This document shows positions 6,581 through 16,816 of a stretch of DNA of 64,000 nt, one piece after another. The notes under the pieces were generated by a model. The model was not told the origin of the DNA, made no database searches, and was given only the letters and a program-made list of their open reading frames with translations. Where the stretch lies: the IMG/VR virus record IMGVR_UViG_3300042561_002062, positions 85,525 through 149,524 of that record; one strand, 5' to 3'. This DNA is from a virus. Its lineage: Duplodnaviria > Heunggongvirae > Uroviricota > Caudoviricetes. Numbering within the stretch: the first letter of the stretch is position 1; each line of letters starts with the position of its first letter. The translations under genes were made by a program, and so were the position numbers.

Positions 6581-7333
6581 ATGCATAAAAATTTTTGGAC
6601 AAGATCGAAATCTGGATCATTAGAGACAAGGAACCTAGATAGAGAAAGTAGATGTTTCAATTTTCCAGATTTTTGGGAAGGAAAATATGATATCTACAAC
6701 TATCTTTGGTGGGAAATGTTTGGTTGTTTCGAGTTCGATTCAAACGGATGTGATTATGAAAGAGGGAATTGCACAATTAGAGAAGGCGACATCGTTTTAG
6801 ATCTTGGAGCTAACATAGGTGCTTTTGCACATAGAGCTGAATTTAGAGGGGCATCTAAGGTGTATTCTTTCGAACCAATTATTGAAACTTTCGAGTGTCT
6901 CAAATTGAATAGAGGACCTAAAACTAAAATATTTAACCTGGGTGTTTCTGGTCATAGTGGTTTCGAAAGATTTATTCTAGAGGGCGATTTTAATAGTATG
7001 GGTTCAGGGAGGATGGAAAAAAATATAAATTCAAGTAGTAATACTATCTATGACGAATATTCTTATATTGTAGGTATAAATGAAGTGTTGGCTCTGGATG
7101 ATTTCAGTTTTATAAAAGTGGATATCGAAGGTTGTGAGTACTCTCTTTTAGACAATATTACAGATGAAAATCTATCAAAATTAAGATGTATTGCTGTTGA
7201 GTTTCATGATTCGGAACTTGATAAGACTTATTTACCAAAATTCAATTCACGAACTTCAAATTTAGGATATGAATCATTTACTCTCTATAGAGATCACGGC
7301 CTGACTACAGTCACCTATTCAAAAAGAAATTAA
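6581..7333 (+). CDS. FkbM-family SAM-dependent methyltransferase
   Basis: VLDLGANIGAF..(SAM motif I), YSFEP, IKVDIEGCEYSLL typical of FkbM MTases. Confidence 0.7.
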   Translation: MHKNFWTRSKSGSLETRNLDRESRCFNFPDFWEGKYDIYNYLWWEMFGCFEFDSNGCDYERGNCTIREGDIVLDLGANIGAFAHRAEFRGASKVYSFEPIIETFECLKLNRGPKTKIFNLGVSGHSGFERFILEGDFNSMGSGRMEKNINSSSNTIYDEYSYIVGINEVLALDDFSFIKVDIEGCEYSLLDNITDENLSKLRCIAVEFHDSELDKTYLPKFNSRTSNLGYESFTLYRDHGLTTVTYSKRN

Positions 7334-7424
7334 AAGATCTTTTGTAAAAAATGAATAATAAAAATAATAAAAGACACAATTACTATAAATATTAAAAAAT
7401 AGTTTTTAGCTTTTTCTAATCTAG

Positions 7425-7754
7425 TCAATGACAATTGTTAGATTTTATATCAACTTGTGGTCTTTTAAGTTCTACTTCAATTTCCCAAGTTGATTGTTTT
7501 TCTCGCATATATTTGATTATATTAATAGCAAGGTGATCAAACTTTTCATCTTGAACGATGAATGTTGCTTCTCTGACTATTTTTCCACCATCATAAGCTA
7601 TCTCAATAGCTGACATTTTAGCACAGAGCTCTCCTTGATAATACACATCAGTTCCCTTGTGTGAAAACCCATCAGTTGAAACACCAGAAAGTTTGTTGGT
7701 AGAAGAGCAAGAGAAAAGGAATAATAAAAACAGAGATATAAATATTTTCTTCAT
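7425..7754 (-). CDS. small secreted lipoprotein
   Basis: MKKIFISLFLLFLFSCSS signal peptide with lipobox (LFSC); the upstream ATG of the track ORF is less likely. Confidence 0.5.
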   Translation of the reverse strand: MKKIFISLFLLFLFSCSSTNKLSGVSTDGFSHKGTDVYYQGELCAKMSAIEIAYDGGKIVREATFIVQDEKFDHLAINIIKYMREKQSTWEIEVELKRPQVDIKSNNCH

Positions 7755-7850
7755 AACATAAAAATATATGAAAAAAAATATTATTTGTTTAGAAAAATTA
7801 CTCAAACTTCTTTGTAAAAATATACTAAAAATACAAAAATATAAAACTAA

Positions 7851-9047
7851 ATGTTTAAAATAGCTGATAGAGTATTAAACTTAGAAGAGTCTCAGACCTT
7901 AAATATGGCCGCTAAAGCTAAAAAACTTAAAGATGCAGGAGTAGATGTAATCGATCTAAGTCTAGGTGAACCTGATTTTTTTACACCGGATGTTATAAAA
8001 CTAGCAGCAAAGCAGGCAATCGATGATAATTATTCATCTTACTCACCTGTTCCAGGTTACCTAGACTTAAGAGATGTGATTTGTCAAAAACTCAAAAGAG
8101 ACAACGGTCTAGATTATAAACCTAATCAAATCGTAGTATCTACCGGAGCCAAGCACAGCCTTATGAATCTTTTTCAAGCCTTGTTAGACCCGGGAGACGA
8201 AGTTATTATTCCTACACCTTACTGGGTAAGTTACCTTACAATGGTTCAATTTTCCGAGGGAACACCAGTTACCATTCGTTCAACTTTAGAGAACGATTAT
8301 AAAATAACACCAGATCAGCTTGAAAGGGCTATTACAGAAAAAACAAAAATATTCATCTTTTCTTCACCTTGTAATCCAACCGGTAGTGTTTATTCTCGAG
8401 ATGAACTAGAAGCTCTTTGTCAAGTCTTTAGAAAATATCCGAATATTTTAGTTATTTCAGATGAAATCTATGAGTATATCAATTTTTCTGGTGATCAAAC
8501 TTCGATAGCTTCTCTTGATGGTATGTTAGATAGATGTGTTGTAGTTAATGGTTTATCAAAAGGTTATGCGATGACTGGCTGGAGACTTGGATATTTAGCA
8601 GCACCTATCGAAATAGCATCGGCTGTATCAAAACTTCAGAGTCAATTCACGTCTGGTGCTACTTCCATCACGCAGAGAGCAGCTATTTGTGCTCTTTATA
8701 CTAGACCAGAAGTCATTTCAGACACTATGAGAACTGAGTTTGAAAATAGAAGAAATGTCATTTATGAAAAACTATCAGAAATAAAAGGCCTGAAGCCAAA
8801 TAATCCAGATGGTGCTTTTTATTTCTTTCCGGATGTTTCTAGTTTTTTTGGAAGAAAATACGGAGAGGTAGTCATTGAAAATTCGGATATTCTTTCAGAA
8901 CTAATACTTGAGAAAGCACACATTTCGACTGTTTCTGGATCTGCCTTTGGAGAACCAAATTGTATAAGGCTAAGTTATGCTACTTCTTTAGATAAATTGA
9001 AAATAGCAATAGATAGATTGGATAGTTTTCTTTCTGAACTTGTATGA
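7851..9047 (+). CDS. class I/II pyridoxal-phosphate aminotransferase (aspartate aminotransferase-like)
   Basis: 398 aa; LSLGEPDF, SYSPVPGY, STGAKHSL, PYWVSY, NGLSKGYAMTGWRLGY (PLP-lysine region). Confidence 0.8.
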   Translation: MFKIADRVLNLEESQTLNMAAKAKKLKDAGVDVIDLSLGEPDFFTPDVIKLAAKQAIDDNYSSYSPVPGYLDLRDVICQKLKRDNGLDYKPNQIVVSTGAKHSLMNLFQALLDPGDEVIIPTPYWVSYLTMVQFSEGTPVTIRSTLENDYKITPDQLERAITEKTKIFIFSSPCNPTGSVYSRDELEALCQVFRKYPNILVISDEIYEYINFSGDQTSIASLDGMLDRCVVVNGLSKGYAMTGWRLGYLAAPIEIASAVSKLQSQFTSGATSITQRAAICALYTRPEVISDTMRTEFENRRNVIYEKLSEIKGLKPNNPDGAFYFFPDVSSFFGRKYGEVVIENSDILSELILEKAHISTVSGSAFGEPNCIRLSYATSLDKLKIAIDRLDSFLSELV

Positions 9048-9064
9048 AAAAAAAAAAATAAAAT

Positions 9065-9871
9065 TTGAATATGTATAGAGAAAAAAAAATAAGCCTAAGT
9101 GTAACATCTTGTAAAAGATATGGTCTTTTAGAAAGAGTCCTTAAGGCTTTCAAAGTATTTTGTAAAGATATAGATGTTATAGATAAAGTTCTTTTCTATG
9201 ATGATTCTTCGTCTGAGGAAGATAAAATTAATATGAATAATCTTCTAGAGCAACTCTTTCCAGATAAAGAAAGAATTATTACTCATTTTTATCCTGATTC
9301 TTTCGATCATCGTTTCAGACACGCAGCCATACTCAACGATATGAGGAGTAAATTAACTACTCATGAAATTGACTATATGTTTTTATTAGAAGATGATTTT
9401 TTGTTTATAAATCATTTCTCAATCTCGGAAATGGTAGACCTACTAATAAATCATCAAGAATACGGTCAAGTAAATTTGAGTTTCAGTTGGAAAAATTTTC
9501 CCGAATGGTGTAAACCTAGAGAAATTGGAGATTACTGGGAACTGGTTTATTTCGAAGATAAACCATTATTGGAAAACTTATTTTTAGATGAAGTGGCTGC
9601 TATACAAACACTTAACGGGGTTTGGTATTGGCAAACTTATATAAATTGGCCACACTTCAGTTTACGACCTGGTTTAACATGTGTTAAAAAATTTCTATCT
9701 ATAGAAGATTTTTCTACATCTCATGACACAACTACCACTGGATTCGAATTAGAATTTGCTAAATTATGGTCCAAAAAATATAAATCACTCTGTAGTAAAA
9801 ATGTACATATCATAAATTTAGATCAAAATGGAAGTCAATCTGCCTATCTTTCTAATAACTCTTTGAGATAA
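9065..9871 (+). CDS. hypothetical protein in glycan-modification cluster
   Basis: 268-aa ORF, no confident motif. Confidence 0.4.
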   Translation: MNMYREKKISLSVTSCKRYGLLERVLKAFKVFCKDIDVIDKVLFYDDSSSEEDKINMNNLLEQLFPDKERIITHFYPDSFDHRFRHAAILNDMRSKLTTHEIDYMFLLEDDFLFINHFSISEMVDLLINHQEYGQVNLSFSWKNFPEWCKPREIGDYWELVYFEDKPLLENLFLDEVAAIQTLNGVWYWQTYINWPHFSLRPGLTCVKKFLSIEDFSTSHDTTTTGFELEFAKLWSKKYKSLCSKNVHIINLDQNGSQSAYLSNNSLR

Positions 9872-10003
9872 AAAACTCAAACCACGAGAAAATGAAACTA
9901 TTATTTATAGTGATACTATAATAATAAAGAAAAAAAGATATGAGTAAATATTCTAAATTGAAAAGATTCATACGAAGTAACTAAAATTATTAAATTTTCA
10001 ATA

Positions 10004-11155
10004 ATGGATAAAAAAAACATACCGCTATTTAAAGTATTTATGTCAAAAGATGCGACAAGAAAAGTTGTCGAAGTTCTCGAGAGTGGATATATCGGGCAAG
10101 GTTCTGAAGTAGATAAATTTGAAGATAAATTGAAATCATTTTTCTTACAAGATTATGTAGTTACAACGAATTCAGCCACTTCTGCTATACATTTAGCACT
10201 TCATCTTATAAAAAAAGAAAATAAAAATAGATGGCCTGGTATACGAGTGGATGAGGAAGTTCTTTGTACACCACTAACTTGTACTGCTACAAATTGGCCA
10301 GTTTTGGCTAACGGTTTCAAAATAAAATGGGTTGATATAGATCCCAAAACTTTGAATATAGATCTTGATGATTTAGAGAGGAAAATAACATCATCAACCA
10401 AAGCAATCATGTTAGTTCATTGGGGAGGTTATCCCAATAATTTAGATAGAATAAAAGAAATTCAACAAAAATGTGAAAATCTCTACGGATTTAAACCCTA
10501 TGTTATTGAAGATTGTGCTCACTCTATGGGAAGTAAATTCAGAGGTAAATATTTAGGTAATCATGGTAATATTTCGACCTATAGTCTACAAGCCATAAAA
10601 CACATTACTTCAATAGACGGGGGTTTTATGATTTGTCCAAATAATGAATTATATAAAAGAGCTAAACTATTAAGATGGTATGGTATAGATAGAGAAGGAG
10701 ATAGAAAAGATTTCAGATGTGAAGCAGATGTAGAAGAATGGGGTTTCAAATTCCATATGAATGATGTATCAGCATCTGTCGGAATGTCAAATTTTGATCA
10801 TTTACATGAAATAGTTAGTAAACACAAATCGAACGCACACCACTATGATAATAAATTGAATGATATTCCTGGTTTGACACTTTTAGACAGGCAAGAAGGA
10901 TATGAATCCGCATTTTGGATTTACAGCTTACTTGTTGAGAATCGAGATGATTTCGCAAGATGGATGAAGGAATGTGGTATAGCTACTAGCCAAGTTCATG
11001 AAAGAAATGATAAACACACATGTGTGAAAGACTACAGAACATTTCTGCCTTCATTAGATAAAACAATAAATAAAGTCACTTCTCTACCAGTTGGGTGGTG
11101 GGTAACAAATGAGGATCGTGAATATATCGTAGAATGTATTAAAAAAGGATGGTAA
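10004..11155 (+). CDS. DegT/DnrJ/EryC1/StrS-family sugar aminotransferase (PLP-dependent)
   Basis: 383 aa; DCAHSMGS, STYSLQAIKHITSIDGGFM (PLP-Lys region), overall layout of nucleotide-sugar aminotransferases. Confidence 0.8.
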   Translation: MDKKNIPLFKVFMSKDATRKVVEVLESGYIGQGSEVDKFEDKLKSFFLQDYVVTTNSATSAIHLALHLIKKENKNRWPGIRVDEEVLCTPLTCTATNWPVLANGFKIKWVDIDPKTLNIDLDDLERKITSSTKAIMLVHWGGYPNNLDRIKEIQQKCENLYGFKPYVIEDCAHSMGSKFRGKYLGNHGNISTYSLQAIKHITSIDGGFMICPNNELYKRAKLLRWYGIDREGDRKDFRCEADVEEWGFKFHMNDVSASVGMSNFDHLHEIVSKHKSNAHHYDNKLNDIPGLTLLDRQEGYESAFWIYSLLVENRDDFARWMKECGIATSQVHERNDKHTCVKDYRTFLPSLDKTINKVTSLPVGWWVTNEDREYIVECIKKGW

Positions 11156-11640
11156 AGATAGAAATACTTCCCCTGACAAATCAAGATTTGAAATTTTTTT
11201 CAGAAGTTCGAAACTCTTGTGCCCCAGAATTTCTTCATGATTCTAGACAATTTACTCTAGAAGAGACTATTTTTTGGTTTGAAAAAACAAAACCGGAATT
11301 CTACCTCGCCAAAGTGGATGGTGAAAATGTTGGATATTTTAGAACTTCTAATTTAGATTTGCAAAAAAGCACGATTTACATAGGTTGTGATATAAAAAGT
11401 TCTTATAGAGGAAAAGGATATGGATATATCTTATATAAAAATTTCATCCCCTTCATAAAAGAAAGATACAAACTAAAAATGATATATCTAGAAGTTTTAT
11501 CTAGTAATAAAAGAGCTATAGGATTATATCAAAAATTGGGATTCCAGACAGATACAGAATATACAAATAAAATATATAAAAACGGTATTTTGGTGGATTC
11601 TATAAAAATGTCACTGGTTACTGATGAAAGTATTTTATGA
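11149..11640 (+). CDS. GNAT-family N-acetyltransferase
   Basis: RGKGYGYILYKNFIPF...SSNKRAIGLYQKLGF (acetyl-CoA binding motifs A/B); overlaps the aminotransferase stop. Confidence 0.7.
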   Translation: MVKIEILPLTNQDLKFFSEVRNSCAPEFLHDSRQFTLEETIFWFEKTKPEFYLAKVDGENVGYFRTSNLDLQKSTIYIGCDIKSSYRGKGYGYILYKNFIPFIKERYKLKMIYLEVLSSNKRAIGLYQKLGFQTDTEYTNKIYKNGILVDSIKMSLVTDESIL

Positions 11641-12764
11641 AAAATAATTTTTTAGTTCTTTTGTGTGGTCATGTTGATTCCGAAAAAAAGAAAAATCTTG
11701 TTCTAGAAACATTAGAGGGATTGAAGAAAGAAGGTATAGATGTTTGCTATTGTACTCACACTTCTAACTATTTGGATGAAATATCCAATAAAGTTAAATT
11801 CACTATATTTGATAGTAATAATCATTTTGTTAGTAAATCTGATTATATAGAAAATGTTGATTTATTGGTAGATCTAGAAAAATATCCCGCTTCGGTAAAT
11901 ATCAAATATGAATCCTTTGGAACAATATATGATTTTAGACCGCTTTCACCACATTCTAGATCGGCTTTAAGTTTATTAAAAAACGGGACCATAGTCTCAC
12001 AATCGAATTTGTATGAGTGGTCTGTTTATTTAGAATATGATATACCAACACCAAAATATGGTTATAAGAAATTAATAGAATCAAAAATTTCTATTCTAGA
12101 AAATAAAAATATGGATTGTTTTTATTATAAAAACGACTCAAATGATTATCAATTCCTTTGGGGTGGATTATTCATATTCAGAACCAAACATCTACATAAT
12201 AACCATAAATTTATAGGTCATGACTGGTATGGTTCCTCCCGTAATTGGATTTTGAATTGGCAGCTTGGTTTTTTTGAATCAATATGTCAAAATATATTTG
12301 AATATTCATTTTCTAGTGGTAAAATTCTGGCTGAATCGATAATAAATGATTCTCTAGAACAATGGTCACAAGTTGATTATCATTCCATACAAAAACATTA
12401 CTTCGATGAAAGTTACCAAATAATTGAAAAAATTCTAGAAAAGGGACTTATCCTAGGTCTTTATCCATCAAAATCAGGTAATCAGTATAGCATCAATCTA
12501 TACATAAATTATATTATGCCAGAACAACTTTTGATTTCTAATATTGCTGTTAAAAATGAAAACGAAGTACTCTTTCAAATAGATGAATTATATCCTACCC
12601 CAGGATACTGGTATTTGTGGCCAATAGAATATAATAATTGTAAAAAAGTTGTCTTAGAATATACTATTTCAAGTGGAATTTATACCGAAAATTTATCTTT
12701 GACTCATAATCTAGAATATACAGAAATTATGTATAATAATCTATGTAGAATAGAATTCAATTAA
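11637..12764 (+). CDS. hypothetical protein
   Basis: 375-aa ORF, start overlaps upstream stop (ATGA). Confidence 0.45.
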   Translation: MKNNFLVLLCGHVDSEKKKNLVLETLEGLKKEGIDVCYCTHTSNYLDEISNKVKFTIFDSNNHFVSKSDYIENVDLLVDLEKYPASVNIKYESFGTIYDFRPLSPHSRSALSLLKNGTIVSQSNLYEWSVYLEYDIPTPKYGYKKLIESKISILENKNMDCFYYKNDSNDYQFLWGGLFIFRTKHLHNNHKFIGHDWYGSSRNWILNWQLGFFESICQNIFEYSFSSGKILAESIINDSLEQWSQVDYHSIQKHYFDESYQIIEKILEKGLILGLYPSKSGNQYSINLYINYIMPEQLLISNIAVKNENEVLFQIDELYPTPGYWYLWPIEYNNCKKVVLEYTISSGIYTENLSLTHNLEYTEIMYNNLCRIEFN

Positions 12765-12958
12765 AAAAAAATCAAAATACGCACTATATAGAAATAATAA
12801 AACAAATAATACAAAGAAAAATCTTCCACTGAATATCTATAAATCGCAGTCCTTTACACACATGGTTTTTAGATCTAGTCAATCCTCAAGAAAAAGATAA
12901 GGTTGATTCAGTATCTGATAATTTTAATATAATTACTTTCAATAAAAAACTCAACACG

Positions 12959-13720
12959 ATGAAAAAACTTACGGTTATTGTAATTAGCTATAACTTCGAA
13001 AATTGGATAGAAAAATGCCTATGCTCTATTGTAGAGCAACAAACAAATTTTGATTTTGATATTTTCATAAGAGATGACAATTCAACTGATTCTACCAGAG
13101 AGGTAATCCAAAACTTTGTAGAAAAACAACCAGATATATCAAGATTCAGATTGTTTTTTGAAAATGAAAATTTAGGTGTTAATAAAAATATTGAATTATT
13201 AATAAGTAATTGTCAAAGTCAATATATTTCACATATTGATGGTGACGACTATTTCACTAATCCACACAAATTACAATCTCAAGTAGATTTTTTAGAACAG
13301 AATCCAGAATTTGTAATGCATTCTACCTCTTATTTCCACCACCTGAGTGATGATACTATTCATCCATCTGGTTGGTGGTATGGTCCAGTAAAAAACGTTT
13401 GTGATATTCAAGATATTATAGGCGCAAATTATGTGGGATTCGGTAGGACTTTCAGAAATCTTTTTGACGAGTTCAAAAAATTATGGTCGAATCCAAATTG
13501 GCCAATATTCTATCACGATGATTGGTTTTTGAATTTTTTTATTATGAAGTGGGGGAAATCTTATTTTCCAGATGACTATCCTTCTGGTAATTATAGGATT
13601 ACTACAACGGGTAAATTCGCTCATCTTCCGAATGAGAAAAAAAGCCAGATAGAAGAGGAATGTAAGGTAATTCTAATGAGTGAATACCATAAATTTTTAG
13701 AAGAAAGTAATAGAATTTAA
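12959..13720 (+). CDS. family-2 glycosyltransferase
   Basis: LTVIVISYNFENWIEKCLCSI...IRDDNSTDST...DGDD: canonical GT2 N-terminal motifs (DxD). Confidence 0.8.
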   Translation: MKKLTVIVISYNFENWIEKCLCSIVEQQTNFDFDIFIRDDNSTDSTREVIQNFVEKQPDISRFRLFFENENLGVNKNIELLISNCQSQYISHIDGDDYFTNPHKLQSQVDFLEQNPEFVMHSTSYFHHLSDDTIHPSGWWYGPVKNVCDIQDIIGANYVGFGRTFRNLFDEFKKLWSNPNWPIFYHDDWFLNFFIMKWGKSYFPDDYPSGNYRITTTGKFAHLPNEKKSQIEEECKVILMSEYHKFLEESNRI

Positions 13721-13722
13721 AA

Positions 13723-14748
13723 TTATTTAGCAGAAGATATTTTATCTGAAATATTAATAGCTCGTTGGCCCACCTGCTTGGACCAAGAAGAGTTCATCAG
13801 TTCTTTACTAGCTCGTTTGTAATTTTTTTTGTGTATAAAACTGATGAAGTTTTCAAATTTACTAAATCCAGTAACTCCGATATTGAAAACAATCTCAGTG
13901 ATAGCCGAACGAACATCAAGAGGATGTTCATTGAAGTTTTTTACAACTCTTTTAGCACCTTGAAGAGCATTGTAAATATCATCTGTGGCTAATTTGAAAG
14001 CTTGTTCTTTTGTAAGTTTTGACTTGCCTTTTCTAATCAATACCGGATTCAATCCGAGTTCTTTCAATTTTTTATCTGCATCTTTTCTAGCTAGATTAAA
14101 ACCAATTCCGATTGTTGGGACTTTCCAACCACGAATAGGATCTGGATAAACCTCAAGTTTCACATCTTCGTGTTTTACTACACTATCAAGAGTTGTCTTA
14201 ACTATCGTATTGTCGTTAATTGGTGGTAGTTTAGTAGATTTGATAAGATCTGAAGCTCCTATCTTTGATAAATGTTTTTCTATTCTATCCCTTACATCTG
14301 TATCGAAAATACCCAGTTCCTGCGAAAAGTAATCACCAATATTTTGATAAGTGTATCCATCTGGACTTTTAGAAATTAAGTTGTTTATCGACACCACTAC
14401 ATCTCTAGATGGGATTTCAAGAATTGCTCTTTCTAAATTTTCCTCGTCAGTTCCAAGACCAGATACTGCTTTCTCGAGTCTGTTTAATATATCTTGGATA
14501 TTCACCTCTTTCTTTGGAAACATCACTTGCCAAGTTTCTCTACCAAACATTCCCGTTGGTTCTAAACCTCTCTTCTTTTGGTAAGCTATAAGAAGTTTTT
14601 TGGTATTTTCACCGAAATCTCCGTCAGGATCTTTTATACCTAAACCTCTCTGTAAAGCTTTGACATCATCACCATAATCACCTTGTTTTAATACGCGATT
14701 AAAACCATTAGACTCAAGAATGAATTGTAGAAAAGTTTGTATTATCAT
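13723..14748 (-). CDS. endolysin: peptidoglycan-binding domain + T4-type lysozyme (GH24)
   Basis: N-terminal PG_binding_1 (GDYGDDVKALQRGLG..DGDFGENT); C-terminal TIGIGFNL..LTKEQAFKL..LDVRSAITEIVFNIG colinear with T4 lysozyme. Confidence 0.85.
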   Translation of the reverse strand: MIIQTFLQFILESNGFNRVLKQGDYGDDVKALQRGLGIKDPDGDFGENTKKLLIAYQKKRGLEPTGMFGRETWQVMFPKKEVNIQDILNRLEKAVSGLGTDEENLERAILEIPSRDVVVSINNLISKSPDGYTYQNIGDYFSQELGIFDTDVRDRIEKHLSKIGASDLIKSTKLPPINDNTIVKTTLDSVVKHEDVKLEVYPDPIRGWKVPTIGIGFNLARKDADKKLKELGLNPVLIRKGKSKLTKEQAFKLATDDIYNALQGAKRVVKNFNEHPLDVRSAITEIVFNIGVTGFSKFENFISFIHKKNYKRASKELMNSSWSKQVGQRAINISDKISSAK

Positions 14749-14751
14749 ATC

Positions 14752-15603
14752 TTATCTATTTTCTAAATGTTGTAAGAAATTTTCTATCAACTTATCTGAT
14801 CTTTTAAAGAAAGTTTCATTTTCCCAGAAATCTAAATTTGCCTCGTAGTAAGGAACACCTTTGTTCGTATAAAAAGCTTCTATAAGATTGTCAGGAACTT
14901 CGATACCCGAATATTTGCATTGAAGAACTTGTGGCATAATCGTTGCTTTCGGATCTGAATACCAACTATTTTCTTCACTCTTTGAGAAAGTATCTGGAAG
15001 TTTTCCTCGACCGTAATCATTAGCACCGGCGTCTCCGTGTATATAAAATCCGGCGAATTTGCCTGATAAATGGTTTTTGAGAAGATGATCAGATTTACCC
15101 TCAAGGGAAAGTTTCCCGGTCACCTCGGCATTTTTAATATTTCCTTCACCTAAAACTTTTTTGGCATCTTCTCTTGAGAGTGTCATATTAGCACAGACTA
15201 ATCTATCAAAGAGAGCTTTTACTTGTGAAGAAGGCGCATGCCAGTGAATAGGTGTGAATACAAGAAACCCATCAGATTTTTCTAGTTTGGTATAAACATC
15301 TTCATCATGAAGAAGATCAGGTTTTTTTGGATTCTTTTTTGAGTAGCAATCACAAGCCCAGTGACAATGATAACTTGAAGTTGAAACACATCCTTTGCAA
15401 GGTTGAACCACACTTCCTTTTTTGAAATTAACTGATAAATCGACAAGTTCGAAATCTATAGCAAAAGACCACTTGTCTAAAACATAATTGACGACTTTTC
15501 TTGTTTTGGAAATTTGACCTGGGCAACTATCTTCATCTCTGGAAGAACCTTGAAAGATTACAATATTTGGTTTGGTATCACCGATCTTTCTAATCTTTGC
15601 CAC
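14752..15603 (-). CDS. flavodoxin-fold NAD(P)H-dependent FMN reductase / iron-sulfur flavoprotein-like
   Basis: N-terminal IVIFQGSSR.. flavodoxin-like motif and Cys cluster CKGC..C..C.C. Confidence 0.5.
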   Translation of the reverse strand: MAKIRKIGDTKPNIVIFQGSSRDEDSCPGQISKTRKVVNYVLDKWSFAIDFELVDLSVNFKKGSVVQPCKGCVSTSSYHCHWACDCYSKKNPKKPDLLHDEDVYTKLEKSDGFLVFTPIHWHAPSSQVKALFDRLVCANMTLSREDAKKVLGEGNIKNAEVTGKLSLEGKSDHLLKNHLSGKFAGFYIHGDAGANDYGRGKLPDTFSKSEENSWYSDPKATIMPQVLQCKYSGIEVPDNLIEAFYTNKGVPYYEANLDFWENETFFKRSDKLIENFLQHLENR

Positions 15604-15607
15604 GGCG

Positions 15608-16201
15608 TTATTTACAATTTTTTACGAGAAACTTCTTGAAATCATTTGTTTTAGGATCTGTGTTTGGAAAATAATAACACTCAAATGGTTTTCCACCTAC
15701 GTAGATAGTTTTTGTGAATCCTTTGGGAACACAACCACCGGTTGGTAGTTTATCAAAACTAGAGAAGTCAACATTAATCACTACACTTATATCTTTTTGT
15801 GTTTTTGAGAGATCTCTTTCGTAGGCTTCGAGTAATCTCCAAGCACCTCTATTGAGAACTTCATGCTGTAATACACAATTTAGATATGAAAATGTAGTTT
15901 TGAGAGTTGCTAACTCACAATTAAAGTGAGCAGCTGGAGCTAGATGGCCCTTGTCCCATACGTTTCCTTCATAATCCCGATTATCGGATGTTTTTATAGA
16001 ATCGTTTGTGTAAAAATCAAGACCTTTTCTAGGTGTTTTTCCATCAATGCAAGTTATCTTATAAGAAACACTCAGAGGCTGCTCATAAACTTCAGAATAA
16101 ACTACTTGATATATTTTACAATCTACTTTTACTTCTTTCCTTTGTGCTGAGGCTCCGATACTTACCAGCATCAAAAGACCCAATAATAAGCTCCTAATCA
16201 T
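15608..16201 (-). CDS. secreted DNA/RNA non-specific endonuclease (Serratia NucA family)
   Basis: Signal peptide MIRSLLLGLLMLVSIGASA; active-site motif DKGHLAPAA (RGH/DRGH-N family). Confidence 0.75.
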   Translation of the reverse strand: MIRSLLLGLLMLVSIGASAQRKEVKVDCKIYQVVYSEVYEQPLSVSYKITCIDGKTPRKGLDFYTNDSIKTSDNRDYEGNVWDKGHLAPAAHFNCELATLKTTFSYLNCVLQHEVLNRGAWRLLEAYERDLSKTQKDISVVINVDFSSFDKLPTGGCVPKGFTKTIYVGGKPFECYYFPNTDPKTNDFKKFLVKNCK

Positions 16202-16703
16202 TTTCTTTTTCTCCTAAATTTCTGTTTCTACTACGAATTTTATACCAAAACATATCTAAGATGGTAGAAATAGATTCTCTGTCTAGGTTATCTTCAACAT
16301 TGTATCCAAGATAGTATCCATTTTCTGGATCATACTGAATTATAAGTGGTTCTACATCAAATTCACCCTCTATTGGATCAAATTCATCCTCTACTGGCTC
16401 AAATACTAGCTCGTAGTTTGTAAATGCTGTTTTGAATTTAAGTCCAGCGAAAGTATAGACTTTATCTCCGTTTGTAATCTCTGTGCCGATTGGAAATTCC
16501 GAATAAAATTCTTCTTCAAATCTTTCTCTAGCAAGTTGATTTACACGGGATAATTTTTCTGTTTCTTCACTTGCCACATCACCAGACATTCTCCATTCAT
16601 AATCTTGTGTGCGATCCATGATATCAGAATATGTTTCACTCCTGAGTTCGTTTATTTTTTTATTGAAACCGTTCCAAGAATCAATCTTCGTAGTTTTTTT
16701 CAT
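16194..16703 (-). CDS. hypothetical acidic protein
   Basis: 169-aa ORF. Confidence 0.4.
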   Translation of the reverse strand: MKKTTKIDSWNGFNKKINELRSETYSDIMDRTQDYEWRMSGDVASEETEKLSRVNQLARERFEEEFYSEFPIGTEITNGDKVYTFAGLKFKTAFTNYELVFEPVEDEFDPIEGEFDVEPLIIQYDPENGYYLGYNVEDNLDRESISTILDMFWYKIRSRNRNLGEKEND

Positions 16704-16816
16704 AAAATTTTATCTTTTTTTCTATATATAAAAAAATTCTTCTATTTTTTCTAAATAGACACTTTTTTCTACATATAAAAAAATCCAACTTTTTTAGGGT
16801 TGGATTTTCTTTTGAT

